A model generated the notes under the pieces. That model saw only the letters and a program-made list of their open reading frames with translations, searched no databases and was not told the origin of the DNA. The position numbers and the translations under genes are program-made. Shown piece by piece: positions 50,949 to 59,976 of a stretch of DNA of 64,000 nucleotides (positions within the stretch are counted from its first letter, which is position 1; each line of letters opens with the position of its first letter). Source of the stretch: Deferribacterales bacterium (GTDB lineage: Bacteria > Chrysiogenota > Deferribacteres > Deferribacterales > Geovibrionaceae); NCBI GenBank assembly GCA_050253075.1, contig JBFWJS010000001.1, forward strand, positions 640,001 to 704,000. Direction: 5' to 3'.

Positions 50949-51509
50949 ATGCACAGCGAAGAATTGATTTTAAAACTGCTGGAAACCGGCGACAGAAGAA
51001 CTTTTGATCTGCTGATAAGCACTTATCAGGGCAGAGTGTTCAGTCTGTGCTATTACATGACTGGAAACCGAGAGGACGCGGAGGACTGCACACAGGAGAC
51101 ATTCATAAAAGTTTTCCGCGGAATTGATTCCTTCACTCCTGACGCGTCTCTTTACACATGGATACGTAAAATTGCGGTAAACACCTGCCTTGATCATATG
51201 AAAAAGCCGTTTAGGCTGCTGAAATTCATAAACATACACGGCGATAACGCAGTGGACATTACGTCTGGAGCAGACCCCGAGAAAGAATGTCTGAACAGCG
51301 AGTCGGACAGAATACTCCACCAGGCTGTGATGAAGCTTCCTGTAAAGTTGAGGACGGTCATAATACTGCGTGAGCTGGAGGAGCTTTCATACAGCGAAAT
51401 AGCGGCGACGGCCGGGATCTCAGAAGGGACTGTCAAATCAAGAATATCCAGAGCCAGAGAGGAACTGAGGAATCTGCTCAGAGATTTTACGGAACAAAAA
51501 TTGAAATAA
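50949..51509 (+). CDS. ECF RNA polymerase sigma factor
   Basis: DAEDCTQETF, TWIRKIAVN, LSYSEIA...GTVKSRISRAR. Confidence 0.93.
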   Translation: MHSEELILKLLETGDRRTFDLLISTYQGRVFSLCYYMTGNREDAEDCTQETFIKVFRGIDSFTPDASLYTWIRKIAVNTCLDHMKKPFRLLKFINIHGDNAVDITSGADPEKECLNSESDRILHQAVMKLPVKLRTVIILRELEELSYSEIAATAGISEGTVKSRISRAREELRNLLRDFTEQKLK

Positions 51510-51515
51510 ATCGTT
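51491..51515 (+). promoter_or_regulatory. Second ECF promoter
   Basis: GGAAC-N16-CGTT spanning the sigma stop codon. Confidence 0.65.
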
Positions 51516-51535
51516 TAGTAATTCAGAGGCGTGAA

Positions 51536-51961
51536 ATGGACTGTATAAAAACCAGCGAAAATCTGTCTGCGTATCATGACGGAGAACTTAACCGGGAAGA
51601 AGAGGAAAATATCCGGCTGCATCTTGATAGCTGTATGACGTGCAGGTCTGAATATGCAGGCATTCAAGACCTCAGCATGATGTTTAAGGGCGCAGAAAGA
51701 CCGTCCGCGCCGCCTGAACTGACAGACAGAATACATGAAGCCGTCCGCAAGGGCAGATTGCCTGCCTTTAGTGGTTATGCAGTGGCAGCAGCGGCGGTGC
51801 TGATATTCATCACAGGCGTGTCTGCCGGTCTGTCCCTGCTCAGGCAGGCTGACAGCTACAGTGCTGATGCATCTGTCAGGGAATATTATTCATTTGCATC
51901 TTTTGATCCGCTGCCGGATGAATCTCTTGGCGGCGTATATATATCAATGATGAGGAACTGA
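51536..51961 (+). CDS. Zinc-binding (ZAS/zf-HC2) membrane anti-sigma factor
   Basis: LSAYHDGEL...HLDSCMTC (HxxxCxxC); one TM helix. Confidence 0.9.
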   Translation: MDCIKTSENLSAYHDGELNREEEENIRLHLDSCMTCRSEYAGIQDLSMMFKGAERPSAPPELTDRIHEAVRKGRLPAFSGYAVAAAAVLIFITGVSAGLSLLRQADSYSADASVREYYSFASFDPLPDESLGGVYISMMRN

Positions 51962-51962
51962 C

Positions 51963-52415
51963 ATGAGAAATAATACACTTAAAGCGATCCTGATACTGTC
52001 GGCTGCGCTGAATCTTTCGCTTATAACCGGAATAGGCATCTATTCATTTTCCGGTAACAAAGCTTTTTCATGCGCTCATTCCGGCGGCGGCTACGTCTTT
52101 GAAAAACTGAATCTCAGAGATGAGCAGAAGAAAAAGATAACCGGACTGGCGGAGGATTTTCACAGCAGACTCGACAGGATGAGCGGAGAAATAGCGGAAT
52201 CAAATAAGAAGCTTATAAGGGAAATAGTCTCCTCTGAATACCCGGACGGAGTAACCGACGGGCTCATAGGTGATATAAGCGGCAGACAGAGGGAGATACA
52301 GGAACTGATAGTCAGGCATTTATTTGAGATAAAAGCGGAGATGGACAGCGATCAGCGTGAGCAGTTTTTCAGGCTCATAGAGGACGCTTTCCCATCAGGC
52401 AGAGGAGTTTATTAA
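51963..52415 (+). CDS. Spy/CpxP-like periplasmic heavy-metal sensor
   Basis: S.ALNL membrane anchor; LNLRDEQ and MDSDQR (LTxxQ-like) motifs. Confidence 0.75.
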   Translation: MRNNTLKAILILSAALNLSLITGIGIYSFSGNKAFSCAHSGGGYVFEKLNLRDEQKKKITGLAEDFHSRLDRMSGEIAESNKKLIREIVSSEYPDGVTDGLIGDISGRQREIQELIVRHLFEIKAEMDSDQREQFFRLIEDAFPSGRGVY

Positions 52416-53068
52416 TGTATCTGTTGAAAGACATAACAAAAAACTACGGCACACAGCAGGTGCTGAAAGGGGTCTCGCTGGAACTGAACAGGCGGGAAAT
52501 GGTCTCTGTAATGGGTAAATCCGGCGCAGGGAAAAGCACACTTCTGGGCATCATGGCTGGGCTTGTGAGGCCCGACGCCGGAAGAGTGGAGTTTGAGGGG
52601 CTTGAGATGGGGGGGCAGAGCGAAGACGCGCTGGCTGACTTCAGAATGAGAAATGTCGGAATCGTGTTTCAGGATTTCAGGCTGATCCCCTCGCTGTCTG
52701 TAGCAGACAATATTCTTATAGCCGCTTTCCCTGTAAAAGATGTTTCTAAAGCGGAAAAGACGGACCGCATGGAAACACTGACCGAAAGAGTGGGGCTTAA
52801 GGATATGCTCGGGAAAAAAGCGGACAACCTCAGCGGCGGTGAAAAACAGAGGGTCGCCATAGCCAGAAGCCTGATAAACAAGCCCTCGTTTGTTCTTGCG
52901 GACGAGCCAACCGGCAACCTGGATGAAAAAACATCCGGCAGCATAATGGAGCTTTTTGCAGAGCTTCACTCTGTGCTGGATACCACGTTTGTGATAGTGA
53001 CTCATGACGAGGAGATAGCTGAAAAAACTCAGAAAATATACAGGATGGCAGACGGGAGATTATCATGA
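52415..53068 (+). CDS. ABC ATPase, LolD/MacB type
   Basis: [25 protein letters not shown]. Confidence 0.92.
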   Translation: MYLLKDITKNYGTQQVLKGVSLELNRREMVSVMGKSGAGKSTLLGIMAGLVRPDAGRVEFEGLEMGGQSEDALADFRMRNVGIVFQDFRLIPSLSVADNILIAAFPVKDVSKAEKTDRMETLTERVGLKDMLGKKADNLSGGEKQRVAIARSLINKPSFVLADEPTGNLDEKTSGSIMELFAELHSVLDTTFVIVTHDEEIAEKTQKIYRMADGRLS

Positions 53069-53457
53069 AAAAAGTATTTATTTCAGTGTTTGTATTTTTA
53101 GTATCTTTAACCGCGTTCGCAGCTCCGGTGAATATTGAGATTTTCTTCCTGCCGCACAGACCTGCGGTTGCAGTTGTGGAAAAGATTGAACAGGCTCTGA
53201 CCGGTCTTGACTATATAACCATAAAAAAATATTCGTTTGATGATAAGGCGGCCAAAAAGCTGATAGACAAATACAACCTCCACGATCATATGCCTGTGGC
53301 GGTTTTCATCAACGGCAGCGATACCCACAAAGCGAACGGAAAAGATATAACTTTCAGAAATTTCCCCAAAGGTGACGCTTTTGTGCCCTCTTTTGAAGGG
53401 GTATGGAGCTATTCAGATATAAGACATGTGGCGGAACGCATCCACGGAGAAAAGTAA
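53065..53457 (+). CDS. Exported protein, possible Cys-less thioredoxin-like fold
   Basis: Signal peptide; PHRP where CxxC would sit; HMPVAVFING. Confidence 0.6.
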   Translation: MKKVFISVFVFLVSLTAFAAPVNIEIFFLPHRPAVAVVEKIEQALTGLDYITIKKYSFDDKAAKKLIDKYNLHDHMPVAVFINGSDTHKANGKDITFRNFPKGDAFVPSFEGVWSYSDIRHVAERIHGEK

Positions 53458-54518
53458 TGGAGCTTTTCAGGTGGGTGCTTTTAAACAGGCTCCATTACAA
53501 AGGCAAAACTGTTGTCGTGGGTTTCCTGTGCGGGTTTCTTATGTTTGCGGCCGCTGCCTCTGCCGTTTTAATGAAGCACGTGGCAAGGCAGGCGGAGAAA
53601 CCTCTGAAAGCCCTGAACACCGGCCTGATAATGCAGAAAACAGCGGAAACAAAACAGACTGACGGATTTAAAACCGGAGGGCTGATAACGCCTTTTGATA
53701 TGGAGAATTTTTCGGCAGAAGCTTTTCATGAGTCAATCTCTGGCCTGAATGAAGTGAAAGAGTATTCTTCCGCGCTTTTGCTGTGGAAGCTGGACACCAG
53801 AGGAACCCTTGTTATCGCCGGAATAAAAAAAGATGAGCCGGCCGTGGGGTTAAGGAATATTGAGACGATGCTTTTTAAAGGTGTGTTTTTCAGTGCTGAT
53901 GATGCAGATGAGGTTATTCTGGAGAGGCACTACGCAGCATTTTTCGGATATGAGATGGGCGGTGTGTTTGAACTGCAGGGTGTCAAACTGAGGATCGCAG
54001 GTATTGTGGACTTTACAGACCAGAGCAATCTGAGCACAGCCTCTGTTTTTCTCCCATACGAAACCGCCGTGAAGCTCGCAGGTGTGCCGTCCGGCTATGT
54101 TAATCAGATATACGCTGCACTCACGTCAGCCTCTGAAACAGAATCATTTGCGGAGAAAGCCGGAGAGATATTCCCCGGGTTCACAGTTGTCACAAAGGAC
54201 AGCCTATATAAAAACCTGAAAGGTATCAGCGGACTGATGCTCAGTTTCGGAAAAGCTGTAACGGCTGTTTTGTCATCCGTCGGACTGGTTCTTATTGTTT
54301 TTCTGCTTAAGATACATTCATATGATTTCCGCAGAAACAGGGATACTCTGAAAATGCTCGGCTGGCCGCCCTCGCTTGTCAGGAGCTGGCTGGCTGCTGA
54401 TACGGCTGTGATACTGGGAGCGGCGGTTATTTTCTGCACTTTGCTGACAGTGGTTTTTATTTTTGCTGCGCTCCCTGCTTTTGATGTTGCGCCGATGGTT
54501 CAGGAGGCTGTGCTATGA
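53457..54518 (+). CDS. ABC permease (MacB-like periplasmic domain)
   Basis: TM, large periplasmic domain, TMs; LKMLGW; ATG overlaps the previous stop. Confidence 0.8.
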   Translation: MELFRWVLLNRLHYKGKTVVVGFLCGFLMFAAAASAVLMKHVARQAEKPLKALNTGLIMQKTAETKQTDGFKTGGLITPFDMENFSAEAFHESISGLNEVKEYSSALLLWKLDTRGTLVIAGIKKDEPAVGLRNIETMLFKGVFFSADDADEVILERHYAAFFGYEMGGVFELQGVKLRIAGIVDFTDQSNLSTASVFLPYETAVKLAGVPSGYVNQIYAALTSASETESFAEKAGEIFPGFTVVTKDSLYKNLKGISGLMLSFGKAVTAVLSSVGLVLIVFLLKIHSYDFRRNRDTLKMLGWPPSLVRSWLAADTAVILGAAVIFCTLLTVVFIFAALPAFDVAPMVQEAVL

Positions 54519-55762
54519 TGCTTTCGTATGTGTGGGCTTATATAAACGGTAACAGGGTAAAATTCTTTCTGACGGTTTTCAGTCTGGCGCTGTATTTTAC
54601 GGCTGTGTCTGCCGCTGTCACTATGAACGGCAGCATAGACGCCGTGGCGGCACTCCCCATGAAGAGCATAGGGGCGGAGACAGTTGTCCAGAAAAGCGGA
54701 AAAATCCCGAACCAGATGACCGGCGCCATCTTCCCCCATTCAAATGCGCCGATCTATGAAGATGAAATTAAGAAAATCACTTCTGCTCCCTTTGTAACAG
54801 GATACGATAAGGCACTCTATTTCTGGTATTTCGACTCCGAGTACTTCAAGTCGGTTCTGGGAGTCAGCCTGAACGGAGGGCTGTATGCCGACGTACTGAA
54901 GAGCAGCCTTACAGCTGGGGAATATCCGCTGGCGGACAATGAAGTTTTGGTTACTGAGGATTTTATAAAGAAAAACGGTATAGGGCTGGATGGTGAGGTT
55001 GTTTTAGGAGCGGATTCATTCAGGGTGTCAGGTATCCTGCGCTCACAGTTCAGCGGAAATATCGCACCGGCAGATATATATATGAGTATTGGTGCGGCGC
55101 AGAGAATAGCCGGAAATTCTCAGGAGATGAAACAGCTTTACGATATTAAAGAGATAAGTTTTTACAATATGGCTGTGCTGAAAACCGATCCTCTATGGCA
55201 GGGGAGCAGGGAGCAGGCCATAAAATCATATGATAAGGATTATCTGATTTTCGGAGAGGAGAGTTTTAAAAATGAGATAAGAGATCAGCTTCTGCTTATG
55301 TCCTCTTCGGCTTCGGCTGCTTTTGCTCTGCTGGGGGTTCTGCTCGCCGCCGGTTTTTCCATGATGGTCTTTTATGGTATAAAATCCAGAGAAAATGATA
55401 TTGCACTCCTTCGTATGCTCGGCTGGAGGTTTTCTGCGCTGAGGAATCATTTTACAGGGGAGAGCGTTATTTCGGTTCTGCTGGCGCTGTTCATAGGCAA
55501 TATTCTTTATTTGGTTGCTTTTCTTTATATGTCCGGTATCAGTGTGAGGATGGAGCTTCCATGGGATATTTCCGCAAGGCCTCATTTTCTGCCGGAGGAA
55601 AACAATATAGAACGGGTTGTCACCGCGCAGCTTCCGCTTGATTTTAATATCTGGACACATTCCTTTGTTAATATTGCTGTTTTAACCGTGTGCGTTCTGC
55701 TCGCATTTCTGGTTCTGCTCAGGATAAAGAATATAAAACCGACAGAATTCTATAAGGGGTGA
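54515..55762 (+). CDS. ABC permease (FtsX/MacB type)
   Basis: RENDIALLRMLGW, IKPTE C-terminus. Confidence 0.82.
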   Translation: MMLSYVWAYINGNRVKFFLTVFSLALYFTAVSAAVTMNGSIDAVAALPMKSIGAETVVQKSGKIPNQMTGAIFPHSNAPIYEDEIKKITSAPFVTGYDKALYFWYFDSEYFKSVLGVSLNGGLYADVLKSSLTAGEYPLADNEVLVTEDFIKKNGIGLDGEVVLGADSFRVSGILRSQFSGNIAPADIYMSIGAAQRIAGNSQEMKQLYDIKEISFYNMAVLKTDPLWQGSREQAIKSYDKDYLIFGEESFKNEIRDQLLLMSSSASAAFALLGVLLAAGFSMMVFYGIKSRENDIALLRMLGWRFSALRNHFTGESVISVLLALFIGNILYLVAFLYMSGISVRMELPWDISARPHFLPEENNIERVVTAQLPLDFNIWTHSFVNIAVLTVCVLLAFLVLLRIKNIKPTEFYKG

Positions 55763-55769
55763 GAGGTGA

Positions 55770-56610
55770 TTAAACACTCGCACGCAATGAGTAACTTCTT
55801 TTTTCAAGAGATCTGCCAAGCAGAACATAGCTTGCCACAACCAAAGGAATAGAAACCGAAAACTTCACGAGAGTGAAGCCTTTCTCTATGAACGAAGCTA
55901 CGAAGATTGTAATGGGGATTCGGCAGACGGCGGCTACTCACAGATATGTGAATATCACCTCAAGCCTTGCCTCTTTGCCATACAGAGACCTCGCCATCGG
56001 AAAGGCAACGTACAACCCGCCCATAATTGTTGACGCAAGGAGAATTATCCACAGGTGTCCCTTCAATCCTGTATCTCTTTCCATATATTTCTCAACGCTC
56101 TCTTTTTTACCCATACCTTAAACAAGTCTATACGTATAAAAAGGCGCATGGGAGCAGTTTAAGCATTTCCGATGAAATAAAATAGTTGGTGAAAACAGGA
56201 TTATTGCGTATTTCATAGTTAACTGAAATATTCCTTTTCCTCCGGAAAAGAAAAAATACCCACCATCATCAGAGGTTTGCTGAAAGCTGCGAGAATCATA
56301 TAGCTGATGCCTTTTCCAGCAGTATGCCTCATAGCGGGAAAGCTATGAACCTCTGGAGAAGCGTTACTGATCCGAAAAATGAGGCGAACAAAAGCGCTGT
56401 ATATCTGCTTTTTCCTGTGAGGTAGGCTGTTATAAGGATTTCAGGGATGAAATAAAGAATCACATAAGCCATTATTATCATTAAAAGGAAGGCCGGTAGA
56501 ATGTTTACAAACTTTTTTACTGAGATTTTTAACGCCTTTACTGTTTTCTCTCTGCTGAAGACAAAAGAGACCGCAAGAGCCAGAACCGTCAAAACGTAAT
56601 ACAGGTGCAT
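55770..56610 (-). pseudogene. Decayed pair of DUF318/ArsP-like permease genes
   Basis: MHLYYVL...IAFPL* then frameshifted GILLEK/SYMILAAF..LMMVG; second fragment GGLYVAFPMA..L..K.A...FTYL*..CRIP. Boundaries approximate. Confidence 0.65.
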
Positions 56611-57130
56611 AGTGCCTCCGTCTTGTTATGCCGTTTTCTGCATCAAGGCTATTGCCTGCATATTACACTATATTGCAATTTCAGAAAGTGCTTCTGATCA
56701 GAAAAGCAGTATATGCTATATATGATGTCAGGAGAAGTCTTCCCTCGAATCCGTTAACTCTTGAATTTCATTGTTAATTTTATTGTGCCAAATTCATTAG
56801 ACGACAATGACATTATTATTCCGGAAAAAATGCGAGAGAGAAATTGGGTTGATTTTGATCAAACAGCCGAGAAGAACAAAAAACTCATGTGTTGACAAAA
56901 TGCTCTTTACGCGGGCACTCTAAGTGGACGGTAACAAGTTGATCGTTGAGTTCTCTATGTAGTTGATAGAGAATACGGCAAAGTTGCAGGTCTTAGTTAA
57001 TTTCCAATGACCCCTATATGAATTAGATTCCAACTCTCTTTCGCGGTATTATCCATCCCGTTTCAGTTATTGGTATTTACGGTTATGATATGTTTGTTAT
57101 ATGAGTGGTGGTGACACAAGAAATAAAGAA

Positions 57131-58357
57131 TTAGTACATCATTCCAAACAGCCATAGTGGTATGCGGTTGCCATGACCGATTTCGATATCGTCTGACACT
57201 ACATAGCTATTTTGCATGTCTTTGATCTGATCGAAACCTTTATTTTTGCCGCCAATTTCAAAAGTGACTCCATCGGCAATATAGTCACCGGAAGCGGCGT
57301 ACTCCACTGTGACAGGCAGAAAGTTGTCCTGCATTCTGAAGCAGTTGGTCAGCTGGTTTACAAAGAAGACCTCACGAGCTGTTCCACTGTCAACTTTATT
57401 GGCGATTGCATATTGGATGTTTGTATTGTTCAGGAGCAGCTTTTCTGATTTTCTTATCGGTTTGTTTCCTGTGCCCGCCGGCTTAACCAGATTTACAAGA
57501 CCGGCTTCTCTCAGGTAAATCAGGTATTCATTCAGAGTAACCCTGTCGATGCCTGTGGCAGACGAAAGCTCAGTCTTTTTCAGCTCGTATGGAGGCGTGG
57601 TTGCCAGCATGTACAGAAGTTTCTTAAGCTGATGCATCTTTGCGTATTTGATATCACAAACGAAGCCCATATCGGTCTCAAGGACTTCATTGATTGTATT
57701 AGAGAGTCTCATTTGAAAAGATTGTTTGTCCTGCAAAGAGAATGGGTAGTAGCCTATCTGCAAATATTCCTGAAAGTATTTCAGCGTTTTGCCTATTGAT
57801 GCATGAAGTTCTCCGGCAATGGCAACATGATTAGCTATTAATTCGTCATAAGTTATAACTGGAATGTCTATGCTGTGAGCCAGGGCAAGGTATTCTCTGA
57901 AAGATAATCCATCCAGATGATAAACTGCTGCACGTCTGCTTAGATCAGCATCCTGCTTGTTCATTTGCAGCAGACTTGAGCCTGAAAAGACAACTTTGAG
58001 TTCCGGTCTTGTGTCGATGATAGCCTTGATATGTTTCGACCACTCAGGGTATTTGTGAACCTCATCGAGAAAAAGGTACTCACCACCCTGTTTATGAAAT
58101 TCAGCTGCAAACTCGTGCAGGGGCGATTGCTGGAACCTGGGGTTGTCTACAGAGATGTAGAGCGCATTGGTGTTGCCGTCATAGACAGATTTAAGATATT
58201 GGAGCATGAGTGTGGTTTTACCTGTCCCTCTGGCTCCGAGTATCCCTATGCAACCGCTTTTCCAGTCGATCTTATCGAAAAGGTATCTTTTGTGCTTTTC
58301 GGGCAGTTTTTTTAGTATTAAAGCCTGTTCAGAAAACCAAATGTCAAAGTCGAACAT
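57131..58357 (-). CDS. AAA+ ATPase (AAA_14/DUF4143-like, nuclease-like C-terminus)
   Basis: GARGTGKT, FLDEVHK, SGSS, DLSRR, G.YP, GDY....TFEIGGK. Confidence 0.88.
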   Translation of the reverse strand: MFDFDIWFSEQALILKKLPEKHKRYLFDKIDWKSGCIGILGARGTGKTTLMLQYLKSVYDGNTNALYISVDNPRFQQSPLHEFAAEFHKQGGEYLFLDEVHKYPEWSKHIKAIIDTRPELKVVFSGSSLLQMNKQDADLSRRAAVYHLDGLSFREYLALAHSIDIPVITYDELIANHVAIAGELHASIGKTLKYFQEYLQIGYYPFSLQDKQSFQMRLSNTINEVLETDMGFVCDIKYAKMHQLKKLLYMLATTPPYELKKTELSSATGIDRVTLNEYLIYLREAGLVNLVKPAGTGNKPIRKSEKLLLNNTNIQYAIANKVDSGTAREVFFVNQLTNCFRMQDNFLPVTVEYAASGDYIADGVTFEIGGKNKGFDQIKDMQNSYVVSDDIEIGHGNRIPLWLFGMMY

Positions 58358-58367
58358 ATATGCACCT

Positions 58368-58420
58368 CTGTAAAGTCTACTTTACACGTCTTGGTCGTAT
58401 CTGTAAAGTGTATTTTACAG
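58368..58420. promoter_or_regulatory. Two related palindromes upstream of the AAA ATPase
   Basis: CTGTAAAGTCTACTTTACAC (58368-58387) and CTGTAAAGTGTATTTTACAG (58401-58420). Confidence 0.6.
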
Positions 58421-58422
58421 TC

Positions 58423-59616
58423 TTATTTAACTCGTCTTAATCCCTTCCCTGTTTTTCTAGCTGTGGTAATGCTGGTGGCTATCTTATTAGCAGCCTCGTG
58501 CAGCGGATCGTTTTGCACATGGGCATAGTAGTACTCAGTAGTTGTAATACGTTTGTGTCCCAATAGTTTTGAAATGAACTCAATGTTGATACCTCCTGAG
58601 ATAGCTGTTGAGGCAAAAGAGTGACGCAAGTCATGGATTCTTACATCTTCCAGTCCGGCTTCTTTGCGGATACGTTCCCAAATCTTTTGTAAACCTATTA
58701 GGCGGGAGTTTTCGAATTTACCGAAACAGACATACTCATTGACCTTATAAGCGTTCTCGAGCATATCCAAAACCTCGTGGGATACAGGCACATTCTTCTC
58801 GCCGGTTTTCGATTTTGGTATGTGGAGCAAATTAAGCTCATTCTTGATATTTTCCCACTTGAGGGTCAGTATTTCTTCTTTTCTGCACCCTGTGTACATT
58901 AAAAGCCTTAAAGCGAGTACCGCTGAGTAGTATTTTTCTTCATATTTCTCTAGAACATCTTCAAGCCTTTTGGTCTCATCAGGGGTGAGAAACCTCTGCA
59001 CCGGAGTTTCTTTGTATTTCTGAGTGTGGACACATGGATTAGAATTTTGAGGTATGTATCTCCATTTCTCAGCCAGAGTAAACATCTTGCGAAGCAGTGC
59101 GTGTACTCTGTTTGCCTGGACAGGGGTTGACTTGCCGATTTTGTGATGAAGCTTTGCAGTGTCTTCAGGTGTAATGCTTTTAAGAGGTTTTTTGCCAAAC
59201 GCTGGCAGAATAAGTCTTTCCAGGTAGCTTTCATTGGTTTTCACGGTGCCGACACTGTTATTAGGTCTTGCATGGTGCTCCAGATATATTTCAGCAAACT
59301 CTGAGAACAACATCGCTTTGCGCTTTTCCTGCTTCTCTTTAAGAATGTCTGTTCCGCCCTGAGCCTCTGTGAGTTTAGTCCTGGCTTTTTTCCTTGCTTC
59401 ATCGGCAGTGATATTGGAAGCTCTGAAAAGTGTCATAACCTTCTGTCGGCCTTCTTCATTTCTATACATGATTACATATGATTTCGTAGGTTTACCTGTA
59501 ACACGCAGGGCAAAGCCTTTTAGCTCAGTATCCCAAATGTAGTAATACCCGCTCCCTTGTGTCGCTGGTTTAGCATTTCGTACGACAGCGTCAGTGAGCT
59601 TCTTCTTTGTGTTCAT
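58423..59616 (-). CDS. Tyrosine integrase with N-terminal arm-binding domain
   Basis: IWDTELKGFALRV; catalytic R (TGCR), K (KSKTG), HDLRH, LGH, Y; next to attR. Confidence 0.95.
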   Translation of the reverse strand: MNTKKKLTDAVVRNAKPATQGSGYYYIWDTELKGFALRVTGKPTKSYVIMYRNEEGRQKVMTLFRASNITADEARKKARTKLTEAQGGTDILKEKQEKRKAMLFSEFAEIYLEHHARPNNSVGTVKTNESYLERLILPAFGKKPLKSITPEDTAKLHHKIGKSTPVQANRVHALLRKMFTLAEKWRYIPQNSNPCVHTQKYKETPVQRFLTPDETKRLEDVLEKYEEKYYSAVLALRLLMYTGCRKEEILTLKWENIKNELNLLHIPKSKTGEKNVPVSHEVLDMLENAYKVNEYVCFGKFENSRLIGLQKIWERIRKEAGLEDVRIHDLRHSFASTAISGGINIEFISKLLGHKRITTTEYYYAHVQNDPLHEAANKIATSITTARKTGKGLRRVK

Positions 59617-59765
59617 CACGGTCTCCAAAAATGTAAGCACTATGTTAGCAGTATTATCGGTAAAACACGGTAAAAGCTAGTAAGACTGAGTAAGTCTTAT
59701 TTATAAATAATCATAAATCAAAATAGTTTATATGGCAAGTGTGAAATTGCGAAAAGTGCTACTCG

Positions 59766-59814
59766 TTGACTGTTAATCAATAGGTTACTGGTTCAAGTCC
59801 AGTTCGGGGAGTTT
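59766..59814 (+). repeat. attR (displaced 3' part of tRNA-Asn)
   Basis: TTGACTGTTAATCAATAGGTTACTGGTTCAAGTCCAGTTCGGGGAGTTT, with no tRNA 5' half upstream. Confidence 0.92.
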
Positions 59815-59815
59815 C

Positions 59816-59845
59816 AAAAGGCCTTACTTCGGTGAGGCCTTTTTT
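59816..59845 (+). terminator. Original tRNA terminator
   Basis: AAAAGGCCTTAC-TTCG-GTGAGGCCTTTTTT. Confidence 0.8.
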
Positions 59846-59976
59846 CGTTTAAAACCTTTCTTTTGTTCTTTCGGCCTCTTGTGGGCTGTCATATTTTTAT
59901 ATTTATTAGCTATTAGGATAGATTTTTTTATCATCTGATGTGTAAAATGTAATATAACCAAACAGCGGAGCCTATA

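Larger units (their letters stand above)
34173..59814. mobile_element. Genomic island (~25.6 kb) integrated in tRNA-Asn
   Basis: 49-bp direct repeats at 34173-34221 and 59766-59814; integrase at the right end, excisionase-like gene at the left; AT-rich, pseudogene-rich segments. Confidence 0.93.

Noticed and set aside
56329..56331. TGA in FPL*GILL as a fourth selenocysteine
   Set aside because: A frameshift and more stops follow within a few codons and there is no clear SECIS; this is pseudogene decay.
59766..59814. Second tRNA-Asn gene
   Set aside because: It lacks the 5' acceptor strand and D-arm; it is attR.
34173..59814. Prophage or ICE
   Set aside because: No capsid, terminase, tail, VirB4 or coupling-protein genes are recognisable.
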